Source: an uncultured Candidatus Saccharibacteria bacterium
Lineage (GTDB): Bacteria > Patescibacteriota > WWE3 > 2-01-FULL-39-13 > JAACPI01
Assembly (NCBI GenBank): GCA_964435455.1
Contig: CAYSYH010000004.1
Location: 1-39,568 of the forward strand
Reading direction: 5' to 3'
Length of the DNA: 39,568 nucleotides
Part shown: positions 26,561 to 36,148 of the stretch, one piece after another
Layout: each line of letters opens with the position of its first letter
Numbering within the stretch: the stretch's first letter is position 1
The notes under the pieces: generated by a model
Seen by the model: only the letters and a program-made list of their open reading frames with translations
The model's database searches: none
Told to the model about the DNA's origin: nothing
Position numbers and translations under genes: made by a program

Positions 26561-27925
26561 ATGCTAGATATAAATTATATAAGAAGAAACCCTAAACAGG
26601 TTTTAGATGCAATAAAAAACAGAGGTGTACAGGATAAAGTAAACTTTAAAGATTTTTTAACTTTAGATTCGAAATGGTTAGATTTAATAAAGAAAGTAAA
26701 TAACCTTCGTACTAAAAGGAATAATCTTACAAAGAAAATTTCAAAAAATCCAACAAGTTCCAAAGATTTATTAAAAGAAGCTTCTATTTTAAAAAAAGAA
26801 CTTCAAAAATACGAAAAAGAACTAAAAGAAGTAGAAAAAGAAAGAAATAATCTTTTATATTGGATACCTAATATACCTTTGAATGATGTTCCATTAGGAG
26901 GATCTGATAAAGATAATATAGAGTTTAAAGCTTGGATTCCTAAAAAAGGTTATCTTACTAAAGAACAATTAAGTAACTATAACGGTAGTAGTGCTTTTAT
27001 GCCTAAGAAGGCTAGTCACTCTAAAGAATCTTTTAAACCCCTTCCTCATTGGGAACTGGGTAGAAACTTAGATATTATTGATATAGAGGCTGGTGCCAAA
27101 GTTTCTGGTAATAGGTTTTATTACTTAAAAAATGAAGGAGTTTTACTTATATATGGAATTTTTGATTTACTTTTTAAACACTTGGTCACAAAAGAAAATT
27201 TTATACCTATGATTGTTCCTTTGCTAGTCCGTGAAAAGGCTTTATTTGGTACCAGTCATTTTCCTGAGGAGGTAGATCAAGTTTATAAAATAGATTCTTA
27301 TAATGTAGAAGATAAAAATAATCTATATCTTGTAGGCTCCTCAGAACCTTCTTTATTTGCTTATCATATGGATAAAATTTATAAAAAACAAGATTTACCT
27401 ATAAAAATGGTAGCTATTACACCTTGTTTTAGGTCCGAGGCAGGGTCTTGGGGTAAAGATGTACGTGGTATAAAGCGTACACATCAGTTTGATAAGTTAG
27501 AAATGGATGTAATATTAGAAGGTTCTTTAAATGAAGCTCGTAAAGTCCAAGAATATTTATTATCTATAAATGAGTGGCTTTTGCAACTTTTGGAGATACC
27601 TTATCATATTATAAATATGTGTACAGCTGATTTGGGGTACTTTGCAGCTGCAAAAAAATATGATGTAGAAGTTTGGTTACCTTCTTCGCAAGAATATATG
27701 GAAGTTTGTTCTGATAGTATTACAACCGACTATCAATCTAGACGATTAAACATAAGATATAAAGACTCCCAAGATTTAAAATATGCATTTACTGTAAATG
27801 ATACTGGAGCTACTCACAGATTGTTAATTGCTGTTTTAGATCATTATCAGCAAAAAGATGGTTCTTTGTTAGTCCCCAAAGCTTTAAGGCCATATGTAGG
27901 TAAAGATATTATAGTTCCTAAATAA
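26561..27925 (+). CDS. serS: Serine--tRNA ligase
   Basis: MLDI..IR.N, IPNIP..DVP.G, HWELG, CFRSEAG, R.HQFDKLE, KKYDVEVW, YQSRRLNIRY. Confidence 0.96.
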   Translation: MLDINYIRRNPKQVLDAIKNRGVQDKVNFKDFLTLDSKWLDLIKKVNNLRTKRNNLTKKISKNPTSSKDLLKEASILKKELQKYEKELKEVEKERNNLLYWIPNIPLNDVPLGGSDKDNIEFKAWIPKKGYLTKEQLSNYNGSSAFMPKKASHSKESFKPLPHWELGRNLDIIDIEAGAKVSGNRFYYLKNEGVLLIYGIFDLLFKHLVTKENFIPMIVPLLVREKALFGTSHFPEEVDQVYKIDSYNVEDKNNLYLVGSSEPSLFAYHMDKIYKKQDLPIKMVAITPCFRSEAGSWGKDVRGIKRTHQFDKLEMDVILEGSLNEARKVQEYLLSINEWLLQLLEIPYHIINMCTADLGYFAAAKKYDVEVWLPSSQEYMEVCSDSITTDYQSRRLNIRYKDSQDLKYAFTVNDTGATHRLLIAVLDHYQQKDGSLLVPKALRPYVGKDIIVPK

Positions 27926-28581
27926 TGACTTTTATTGTTAATAAAAGGAATGTTCTTTACTCTGTTAAGTCTCCCATATCCGGTTTTATTGAAGTAATTA
28001 GAGGTATTCATGGCTTAGAATTACATATAAATGGAGCTGTGCAAACAGTAAAAATGTTAAAAAACAAAAGGATAAATTACTGGGAAATTGCTACAAATTT
28101 GGTTAATGTGTCTCCTGATTCCAGAATTTTGTTGCTAGGTTTAGGTGGGGGGGAGATAATAAGGAATCTTTTAAATAAACATCCTATTTTAAATATTACT
28201 GTGATAGAGTTAGATCCTATAATAGTAGAAATTTATAATAAGTTTTTTAAAGAAGAAAAACATAACCCAACAATAATTTTAGCTGATGCTTATGATTACA
28301 TGCTTAAGAATAATATAAAATATGATTTGATTTATACTGATATTTATTTTAAAAACTGTTTCCCAAAAAAATTTTTAAATGAGCCATTTTTAACTAAAGT
28401 ATCTAAGTCTTTGTCCTTACAGGGATTTTACATATATAACTATGTGGTGGGGGATTTTTTAGCCTCTACTAAGTTGCTTACTATAGAAAATATTTTTAAA
28501 CATTATTTTAGAAGAGTTTATTATAAAAGAATTAGCCCAAATATGTTAAATTACTTATTTTTTGGTTCTAATAAGTTATAA
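27925..28581 (+). CDS. Spermidine synthase-like SAM-dependent methyltransferase
   Basis: ILLLGLGGG, IELDP, DAYDY, YDLIYTD. Confidence 0.8.
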   Translation: MTFIVNKRNVLYSVKSPISGFIEVIRGIHGLELHINGAVQTVKMLKNKRINYWEIATNLVNVSPDSRILLLGLGGGEIIRNLLNKHPILNITVIELDPIIVEIYNKFFKEEKHNPTIILADAYDYMLKNNIKYDLIYTDIYFKNCFPKKFLNEPFLTKVSKSLSLQGFYIYNYVVGDFLASTKLLTIENIFKHYFRRVYYKRISPNMLNYLFFGSNKL

Positions 28582-28610
28582 TATTAAAAGTATAAACTTT
28601 TTAGTTTTAT

Positions 28611-29075
28611 ATGTTTCCTTTTTATTATCTTTTTGTTTTTTTTATTGCAGAAATCCTTATAGCCTTGCTATTTTTAATTTTTTTATTTATTTCAATTAAA
28701 TATTTTTATAAAAAAGATCTGTTAAGTTTAGGAATTTTAGGATCTGTGTTTGCATTTTTGGTTTCTGAGTTAATTAAATCTTTTGTACCTACGTCTCGTC
28801 CTGAATTTCCATTATTAGGATATAGGGAGGGATCTAGTTTTCCTTCTACACATGCCTCTGTTTCTTTTGCTTTAGCCACAGCTGTTTTTTATGTAGACCG
28901 AAAGTTAGGGTATATATTTTATATAGGTGCTATTTTGGTGTCTTTAGGTAGGGTTTTAGGGGGAGTACATAGTTTAATTGATGTAATAGCTGGTATGCTT
29001 ATAGGTATCTTATGTACTTTTATTATCCATAAATATTCGGTACATTTAATTTTGGGGAGAAAAAAGAATGTTTAA
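28611..29075 (+). CDS. PAP2 family phosphatase
   Basis: K......RP, SFPSTHA, GRV.GGVH...DV. Confidence 0.9.
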   Translation: MFPFYYLFVFFIAEILIALLFLIFLFISIKYFYKKDLLSLGILGSVFAFLVSELIKSFVPTSRPEFPLLGYREGSSFPSTHASVSFALATAVFYVDRKLGYIFYIGAILVSLGRVLGGVHSLIDVIAGMLIGILCTFIIHKYSVHLILGRKKNV

Positions 29076-29877
29076 TTATATATTGCTTGGTTTAATACAA
29101 GGTGTTGCAGAGTTTCTTCCAATAAGTTCAAGTGCCCATTTATTTTTACTTCATAAATTTTTATCTGTTCCTCAAGATATTAGTCTAGATATTTTATTAC
29201 ATTTAGCTACAGTTTTAGTAATAATATTTTTTTACAATAAGGAAATAATTAAGCTTTTTTATTCTTTTTATAAGGATTTTAAAAAAAATTTTTTTCATTT
29301 AAGTAGGTATTCTTATGATTCTAAATATGCTTTTTATCTTTTTGTCTCTACTATACCTGCTGGTATTTTAGGGTATATTTCAAAAGATATTTTAAAAAAA
29401 TACCGTTCTGTCCCCACTATAGTTTTTATGTTATTAACAGTCTCTTTATATATGTTATATATTCAAATTTATAAATTTTCCTCCAATGGTAACTTTAACA
29501 AAACTACTAAAATTAATTTTAATAAAGCATTATTGATAGGTATTTCTCAAATGTTTGCACTTATTCCCGGATCTTCTCGTAGTGGATTAACAATTGGTAC
29601 TGCAAAATTGTTGAATGTAACTAATAATAAATCCATAGAGTTTTCTTTTTTAAGTGCGGTTCCTTTAATTTTTGGTGCTTTTTTAGTTAGTTTAAAAGAT
29701 GTTCAAAATTTTGATTACTTTTTAAATGTTCCAATTCTAGTTTCTTTTTTTACAGCTTTTTTTGTAGGTCTTATTACTATTAAAGCTTTTTTATCTTTTT
29801 TTAATAAATATGGGTTTAAGTATTTTATTTTATACAGAATATTGTTGGCGGGTATACTTTTATTTCTTTTATTCTAA
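29068..29877 (+). CDS. uppP: Undecaprenyl-diphosphate phosphatase
   Basis: GLIQGVAEFLPISSSAH, PGSSRSG.TI, F..YR. Confidence 0.95.
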   Translation: MFNYILLGLIQGVAEFLPISSSAHLFLLHKFLSVPQDISLDILLHLATVLVIIFFYNKEIIKLFYSFYKDFKKNFFHLSRYSYDSKYAFYLFVSTIPAGILGYISKDILKKYRSVPTIVFMLLTVSLYMLYIQIYKFSSNGNFNKTTKINFNKALLIGISQMFALIPGSSRSGLTIGTAKLLNVTNNKSIEFSFLSAVPLIFGAFLVSLKDVQNFDYFLNVPILVSFFTAFFVGLITIKAFLSFFNKYGFKYFILYRILLAGILLFLLF

Positions 29878-29918
29878 AATTAGCTTTTACTTGACCTTTG
29901 GTATATTATAATATCGTT

Positions 29919-32528
29919 ATGTTATCTTTAGTAAAAAAAGTTTTTGATACAAATGAAAGAAGATTAAATAAATTAAGGCCTATTTTACATCAAGTAAATA
30001 GGCAAAGAGATTTAGTAAAGAAGTTATCTGATGCACAAATAAAAGCTAAAACAAAAGAATTCAAAAAAGAGCTGAGGGCTATTGGAGTTGAAAAACAAAA
30101 GGAATATTTAGATAGTATACTCCCCCAAGCTTTTGCATTGGTTCGCGAGGTAGCTAAAAGAACTATGAATATAGAACATTATGATGTTCAAGTTCTTGCT
30201 GGTATAGCTTTGCATAAGGGAAATATAGCTGAACAAAAAACAGGTGAAGGTAAAACCTTAACGGCAACTCTTCCCCTTTATTTAAATAGCTTAACAGGAA
30301 AAGGAGTTCATTTAGTCACACCTAATGACTATTTGTCTAGACATGGCGCAGGCTGGTATGGTCCCATATATGACTTTTTAGGTGTGAGTGTAGGTGTGAT
30401 TGTAGAAAATGCTAGTTATGTTTATGACCCTGCTTTTACAAATGATTCCTTTGATGATGAGTACTCTAAGCATTTAAGACCTGTTTCAAGAAAAGAGGCT
30501 TACAAATGTGATATTACGTATGGAACTAACAACGAATTTGGTTTTGATTATTTACGAGATAATATGCAAAATTCTTTTGAAGATATGGTACAAACAAACC
30601 CCTTAGGGCAATATAATTCCCATTATTTTGCTATTGTAGATGAAGTAGATTCTATACTAATTGATGAGGCTAGAACACCTCTAATTATTTCTCAACCATC
30701 TGATGTAAAACAAAGTGACTATGCTTTATATGCTAATATAGCAAAAAAATTACAAAAAAATACTGATTTTGAAGTGGATGAAAAAGATAAAACAGCTTCT
30801 CTTACTGAAATAGGGCTTAGAAAAGTGGAAAAGATGTTAGGAATAGAGAATTTGTATGAAACCGATTTTGATATTGTTAGGCAAGTAGAAAACGCAGTAA
30901 AAGCTCGCGCACTTTATCAAAAAGATAAAGATTATGTAGTACAAAATAACCAAGTAAAAATTGTAGATGAATTTACAGGTAGAATTTTACAACGTAATAG
31001 ATATAGTGGGGGTTTGCATCAAGCTATAGAAGCAAAAGAAGGCGTTCCTGTTCAACCCGAATCCAAAACAGTAGCTACTACATCCTACCAAAATTATTTT
31101 AGATTATATAAAAAGTTAGCCGGTATGACGGGTACCGCTAAAACAGAAGAAGAAGAATTTTACAAGATTTATGGCCTGGAAGTTGTGGTAATTCCTACAA
31201 ATAAACCGGTTATAAGAAAAGATCATCCCGATGTTATATATAGAACAGAATCTGCTAAATTTAGGGCTGTAGCAAAAGATATAAAAGAGCGTTATCAAAA
31301 AGGCCAGCCTGTATTGATTGGAACTACAAGCGTTGAAAAATCGGAGTTTTTAAGTAACCTATTAAAACGTTTAAAGGTGCCCCATAAAATATTAAATGCC
31401 AAACATCACGAAGTAGAGGCCCTTATTATATCTCAAGCGGGTAAAGTAGGAGCTGTTACTGTAGCTACAAATATGGCAGGTAGAGGAGTAGATATTAAAC
31501 TTGGAGGAGATCCTGTAGATAAAAGGGAAGAGTCTAAAGTTAAAAAACTAGGAGGTCTATATGTAATAGGTACCGAAAGACATGAATCTAGAAGGATTGA
31601 TAATCAATTGCGGGGGAGGAGCGGGAGGCAAGGTGACCCTGGAGAATCTCGTTTTTATGTTTCTTTACAAGATGATTTATTAAGGATTTTTGGAGGTGCT
31701 CAAGTAGAACGTTTAATGACAAGGTTTGGTTTAGACGAAAACGTACCTCTTTCTTCTAAAGTAGTAAGCCGTTCTATTGAGAATGCTCAAAAAAAAGTAG
31801 AGGGTGTGAATTTTGATTATAGAAGAAGTATCGTACGTTTTGATGATGTTTTAAATGTTCAAAGAGAGCATATTTACAGATTACGTAGAATAATTATGCA
31901 AGTCCCAGAATTTGAAAATGTTCACCCTTTTATTGAAGAATCTATAAGATTTACTTTAGATTCTTTTAACAATTGGTACTTATCACAAATATTATCTTCA
32001 AAAGCTAAAAAGAAATATAAAGAATATTTTAAAAAATATAAAAAAGATTGGCTTGTATTTGTAAAGGTAGACACTTTAAATATTATTAATACTTTATGGA
32101 TGGACCATATTGATATAATGTCGGATTTAAGACAAGGTGTTGGATTACGTTCGCATGGCCAGTTAGATCCTTTGGTAGAGTATAAAAGAGAGGGAAGATT
32201 ATTATTTGATAAATTATTGGCAACTATTTGGGGTACTATGGATAAGCGAATTGCAAACATAGAAATAAAAGAAGTATTATCCTCGCAAGGTGAACTAGAA
32301 GATAATTCAAAATCATCCATAGAAAATTTAGTTTATAATGATACTACAAGCCAAGAATATGGAGTGGCTAACGAAATTAACTTAAATTTAAATGATTCTT
32401 CTAATTTATCTGTAAGTAATAATTCAAAACCCTTTGTAATACCAAAAGATCAAAAAATTGGACGAAACGATCCGTGCCCTTGTGGTAGTGGGAAAAAGTA
32501 TAAACATTGTCATGGAAAGTTTGCGTAG
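29919..32528 (+). CDS. secA: Preprotein translocase subunit SecA
   Basis: EQKTGEGKT, VDEVDSILIDEARTP, TNMAGRG.DI, RSGRQGDPG, SEC-C motif GRNDPCPCGSGKKYKHCH; start re-assigned to ATG 29919. Confidence 0.97.
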   Translation: MLSLVKKVFDTNERRLNKLRPILHQVNRQRDLVKKLSDAQIKAKTKEFKKELRAIGVEKQKEYLDSILPQAFALVREVAKRTMNIEHYDVQVLAGIALHKGNIAEQKTGEGKTLTATLPLYLNSLTGKGVHLVTPNDYLSRHGAGWYGPIYDFLGVSVGVIVENASYVYDPAFTNDSFDDEYSKHLRPVSRKEAYKCDITYGTNNEFGFDYLRDNMQNSFEDMVQTNPLGQYNSHYFAIVDEVDSILIDEARTPLIISQPSDVKQSDYALYANIAKKLQKNTDFEVDEKDKTASLTEIGLRKVEKMLGIENLYETDFDIVRQVENAVKARALYQKDKDYVVQNNQVKIVDEFTGRILQRNRYSGGLHQAIEAKEGVPVQPESKTVATTSYQNYFRLYKKLAGMTGTAKTEEEEFYKIYGLEVVVIPTNKPVIRKDHPDVIYRTESAKFRAVAKDIKERYQKGQPVLIGTTSVEKSEFLSNLLKRLKVPHKILNAKHHEVEALIISQAGKVGAVTVATNMAGRGVDIKLGGDPVDKREESKVKKLGGLYVIGTERHESRRIDNQLRGRSGRQGDPGESRFYVSLQDDLLRIFGGAQVERLMTRFGLDENVPLSSKVVSRSIENAQKKVEGVNFDYRRSIVRFDDVLNVQREHIYRLRRIIMQVPEFENVHPFIEESIRFTLDSFNNWYLSQILSSKAKKKYKEYFKKYKKDWLVFVKVDTLNIINTLWMDHIDIMSDLRQGVGLRSHGQLDPLVEYKREGRLLFDKLLATIWGTMDKRIANIEIKEVLSSQGELEDNSKSSIENLVYNDTTSQEYGVANEINLNLNDSSNLSVSNNSKPFVIPKDQKIGRNDPCPCGSGKKYKHCHGKFA

Positions 32529-33321
32529 TATACTAACAAACCCTTATCTAAAAAAAAGTTTTAGGTGGATTCTTAAAGATAAATACCATCTTTCCGATTT
32601 ACAAATAAATGATGTTTTAATGGATAAAGTATCTTTAACCTATTCTCAAAAAGAGGATTTACATCGGTTACTTAAAGGTGAACCTATTAATTACATAATA
32701 GGTTGGATAGATTTTTTAAATTGTAAGATAGATTTATCTTTTAAGCCTTTAATCCCTCGTCCCGAAACAGAGTATTGGGTTAGTAAAATTATTTTTAAGT
32801 ATAAGAAATTTAAACCCAATTCTTCTTTGAATATTTTAGATTTAGGTTGTGGGAGTGGTTGTATAGGTATATCTATTTTAAAAAACATTGATAATACTTT
32901 TGTGGATTTTGTAGATATAGAAAGTATTTTTTTGCAGCAAACAAAGAAGAATTTAAATTTGAATAATATAAAATCTTCTAGATATACTTTAATTTTAAGT
33001 GATCTTTTTTATAAATTAAAAGATAAACAGTACGATTTAATTTTGTCTAATCCTCCTTATATTCCATTTGGTTTAAAAAACAAAGATTTAAAATGGGAAC
33101 CCTCTATAGCCCTTTATAGTGGTAAATACGGATTGGGTACCATAAATAAAATTATAAAATATTCAAAAGTTCACTTAAGAAAAAACGGCAAGGTATTTAT
33201 AGAGTTTAATGGTACTTTAAAACAACAAGGAGAAGTTAAAAAGAATCTGAAAAAACTCAATTACCACTATAATTTTTATAAAGACCAATATAACTCTTTG
33301 CGATATTTTTCATTTGGTTAA
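32512..33321 (+). CDS. prmC: Peptide chain release factor N5-glutamine methyltransferase (HemK)
   Basis: GEPI.YI.G, LIPRPETE, LDLGCGSG, SNPPYI; start re-assigned to ATG 32512. Confidence 0.9.
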   Translation: MESLRSILTNPYLKKSFRWILKDKYHLSDLQINDVLMDKVSLTYSQKEDLHRLLKGEPINYIIGWIDFLNCKIDLSFKPLIPRPETEYWVSKIIFKYKKFKPNSSLNILDLGCGSGCIGISILKNIDNTFVDFVDIESIFLQQTKKNLNLNNIKSSRYTLILSDLFYKLKDKQYDLILSNPPYIPFGLKNKDLKWEPSIALYSGKYGLGTINKIIKYSKVHLRKNGKVFIEFNGTLKQQGEVKKNLKKLNYHYNFYKDQYNSLRYFSFG

Positions 33322-33322
33322 A

Positions 33323-33967
33323 TTATCTTTTAGGTATGTTTACGCCTTCTGGTAATTTTAATCCAGAATCTTTAAGTGATTTTATTAACTCACATTGGTC
33401 TACAAAGTTTATATCATCAGGTACTTTTGTGTTTACTTTATCTTTGGTTAATTTACAACTTACCTTTTCACCTTCTTTTTCAAATTCTTTCTGTTTTTGG
33501 GCTTGCTCATATAATTTTTTTGGATCTACTCCTAAATTCTCTCCCCAAGGAGCTGCAAAATTAGAATTATCTTCTTTCTCTCCATCGTCACCTATTATAC
33601 ATCCTAAATCCATTTTATATCCTTTGTTTTTTCCTTCAGACCAAAAATAAATAACGGAACCTTTTCTAACTAAATATGATTTTTTTCCGTTTTCTGTGTT
33701 TTCTATTCTCATGTTTTCTCCATCTGTCATTATAGTACCAAATCCTCCTGATTCTTGTTTGCTTGTGCACATAAATGTTTTTCCACCAAATGCCTTTTTT
33801 TCCAGTTTTGCTACCTTTTTAAGTTTTTGGTTTACTTGTTGGCTTGTTGTTTCTTCTTTTTTTGAAGTTGATGTTTTACTTAATTTATTTATACACCCCC
33901 CTAAAACTAATGAGGCTGCTGTAATACCTAAGATTACAAAAGTTTTGGATTTAAGTAAAAAAGTCAT
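33323..33967 (-). CDS. Hypothetical lipoprotein
   Basis: Signal peptide with lipobox LVLGG|C; four further Cys; ATG 33967 preferred over 34009. Confidence 0.75.
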   Translation of the reverse strand: MTFLLKSKTFVILGITAASLVLGGCINKLSKTSTSKKEETTSQQVNQKLKKVAKLEKKAFGGKTFMCTSKQESGGFGTIMTDGENMRIENTENGKKSYLVRKGSVIYFWSEGKNKGYKMDLGCIIGDDGEKEDNSNFAAPWGENLGVDPKKLYEQAQKQKEFEKEGEKVSCKLTKDKVNTKVPDDINFVDQCELIKSLKDSGLKLPEGVNIPKR

Positions 33968-34114
33968 GTTATAAAGATTATAAATTTTTACTGTTTTTTC
34001 ATTATACATATCATTATTATTTTTAACAATACCATAATTGTATTTTGCACATTAAGTAAAATTTTAACAGTAATTTAGAATTACATTTTAATTTACTTAG
34101 TTTATAATATATTT

Positions 34115-34594
34115 ATGATTATATTAGGTATTGATCCGGGTACTACTACTTTAGGGTTTGCTCTTTTGCAAAGGATATCTCGCAATAATTTAAAGGTTAT
34201 TGATTTTGGAGTGATTAAAACTCCTCCCAAAACAAATCAACATTTAAAGCTAGCTGAGATTTCTAAAGATTTATCTAGTCTTTTAAATAAATATAAACCA
34301 AATATAATGTCAATTGAAAAGATTTTTTATAATACTAATCCCAAAACTGTTATAAGTGTTAGTCAGGCTAGGGGTGTATGTTTAATGTATGCTGGCTTAC
34401 ATAATTTGATTGTAAAGGAATATACTCCTTTGCAGGTTAAGAACTCTTTAGTAGGTTATGGTAGAGCTGATAAAAGACAAGTACAATATATGGTGAAAAA
34501 TATATTAAAATTAAATAGCTTACCTAAGCCAGATGATGCTGCAGATGCTTTGGCTATTGCAATTTGCGCTGGTTTAGAAAGTTATAAAATATGA
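34115..34594 (+). CDS. ruvC: Holliday junction resolvase RuvC
   Basis: ILGIDPG, IE..F, QARGV, EYTP.QVK, DDAADALA. Confidence 0.96.
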   Translation: MIILGIDPGTTTLGFALLQRISRNNLKVIDFGVIKTPPKTNQHLKLAEISKDLSSLLNKYKPNIMSIEKIFYNTNPKTVISVSQARGVCLMYAGLHNLIVKEYTPLQVKNSLVGYGRADKRQVQYMVKNILKLNSLPKPDDAADALAIAICAGLESYKI

Positions 34595-35169
34595 TTTATT
34601 CACTAGAAGGTAAAATTATTTTAAAAAAAGACACTTTTGTTGTTGTAGATGTTAATGGTGTTGGCTATAAAGTATATCTTATAAACAGAGATTTAGATAA
34701 GTTAGTTTTAAATAAAAATTATTTTTTATTCACTCATTTTGTAATTAACGATAATCAAACATCTTTATTTGGTTTTTTGCAAGAAGAATCTTTACATTTC
34801 TTTTTGTTATTAACTAACGTGTCTGGAGTAGGCCCGCGTACAGCTTTTACTATTTTAGATTATTCTGATTTACAACAAATAATCTTTGCAATAAGTAATG
34901 CTGAAGCCTCTTTTTTTAAAAAGGTAAAGGGTGTTGGCCCTAAATTAGCCTTAAAAATAATTGTAGAAATGCAAGATAAAGTAGGTAAAATTAAGGAATT
35001 AAATTTAAAACCATTAAGCCCAAAAGATGAAGAAATAATTCAAGCTTTATGCGATTTAGGTTTTAATCAAGGTTTGGCAAGGCAAGCTGTAGAAAGTTTA
35101 GACTCTTCTTTAACTGAAGAAGAAAAATTAAAACAGGCTATAAAATTTATATCTAAGCATGCTAAATAA
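34591..35169 (+). CDS. ruvA: Holliday junction branch migration protein RuvA
   Basis: VDVNGVGY, LFGF, VSGVGP, VKGVGPK, AL..LGF. Confidence 0.95.
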   Translation: MIYSLEGKIILKKDTFVVVDVNGVGYKVYLINRDLDKLVLNKNYFLFTHFVINDNQTSLFGFLQEESLHFFLLLTNVSGVGPRTAFTILDYSDLQQIIFAISNAEASFFKKVKGVGPKLALKIIVEMQDKVGKIKELNLKPLSPKDEEIIQALCDLGFNQGLARQAVESLDSSLTEEEKLKQAIKFISKHAK

Positions 35170-36148
35170 TACTTTTATATCTAAAGATAACCAAGAATTA
35201 AGGGAATTAGATGAAACATTAAGACCTCGTTCTTTTAAAGAATTTGCTGGACAAGAAGAAACAAAAAAAATAAAAATATTTGTGGAAGCTGCAAAAAAAA
35301 GGGGAGATATATTAGAGCATTTTTTGTTTTATGGTCCTCCCGGATTAGGTAAAACTACATTAGCACATATTCTTGCTAATGAAATGGGAAGAACCCTAAA
35401 AACTATTACAGGTCCTTCTATTAGTAAGGTTAGTGATTTAACTGCTGTTTTAACTAATTTGTCTGAAGGAGATTTTTTGTTTATTGACGAGATTCATCGC
35501 CTACCCAGAGCTGTAGAAGAGGTTTTATACTCTGCAATGGAGGACTTTGCTTTAGATATTGTTTTGGGTAAGGGACCAAGCGCTCGTACTGCAAGAATTG
35601 ATTTGCAGCCATTTACTTTGGTAGGGGCTACTACTCGTGTAGGTCTTTTGACAAAACCTTTACGGGATAGATTTGGATCTATTCACAAATTAAAATTTTA
35701 TACTAACGAAGACCTTTCTACTATTATAAGGCGTAGTGCTAGTATATTAGGTGTAAAATTAGGTGGTAATGCTGATTTAGAAATAGCAAAAAGAAGTAGA
35801 GGTACCCCAAGAATAGCAAATAGACTTTTAAAAAGAATTAGAGATATTTCGCAGATGAATAAAGAATCTGTCATAACTAAAAAATCAGTTGATAGGGCTT
35901 GCAGAATATTAAATATAGATTTTGAAGGTTTAGATAATGAAGACAGGCAGTTTTTAAAAATAATTAAAGATGATTTTGATGGAGGCCCTGTAGGCCTTTC
36001 AACATTGTGCGCATCTCTTTCCGAAGATAGATTAACTATAGAAGAAGTCATAGAGCCTCTATTAATAAAAAAAGGTTTTATAAAAAGGACACCATCAGGA
36101 AGAGTTATTACTAAAAAGGGAATAAGACATATAGAAAGATTTACTTAA
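35159..36148 (+). CDS. ruvB: Holliday junction branch migration helicase RuvB
   Basis: LRP..F..F.GQ, GPPGLGKTT, FIDEIHR, GATTR, RGTPRIANRLL, RTP.GR. Confidence 0.97.
   Translation: MLNNTFISKDNQELRELDETLRPRSFKEFAGQEETKKIKIFVEAAKKRGDILEHFLFYGPPGLGKTTLAHILANEMGRTLKTITGPSISKVSDLTAVLTNLSEGDFLFIDEIHRLPRAVEEVLYSAMEDFALDIVLGKGPSARTARIDLQPFTLVGATTRVGLLTKPLRDRFGSIHKLKFYTNEDLSTIIRRSASILGVKLGGNADLEIAKRSRGTPRIANRLLKRIRDISQMNKESVITKKSVDRACRILNIDFEGLDNEDRQFLKIIKDDFDGGPVGLSTLCASLSEDRLTIEEVIEPLLIKKGFIKRTPSGRVITKKGIRHIERFT

Noticed and set aside
34115-34594. RuvC as a TnpB/Cas-type nuclease
   Set aside because: It is a canonical 159-aa resolvase in the ruvCAB operon. No CRISPR repeats were seen anywhere in the window.
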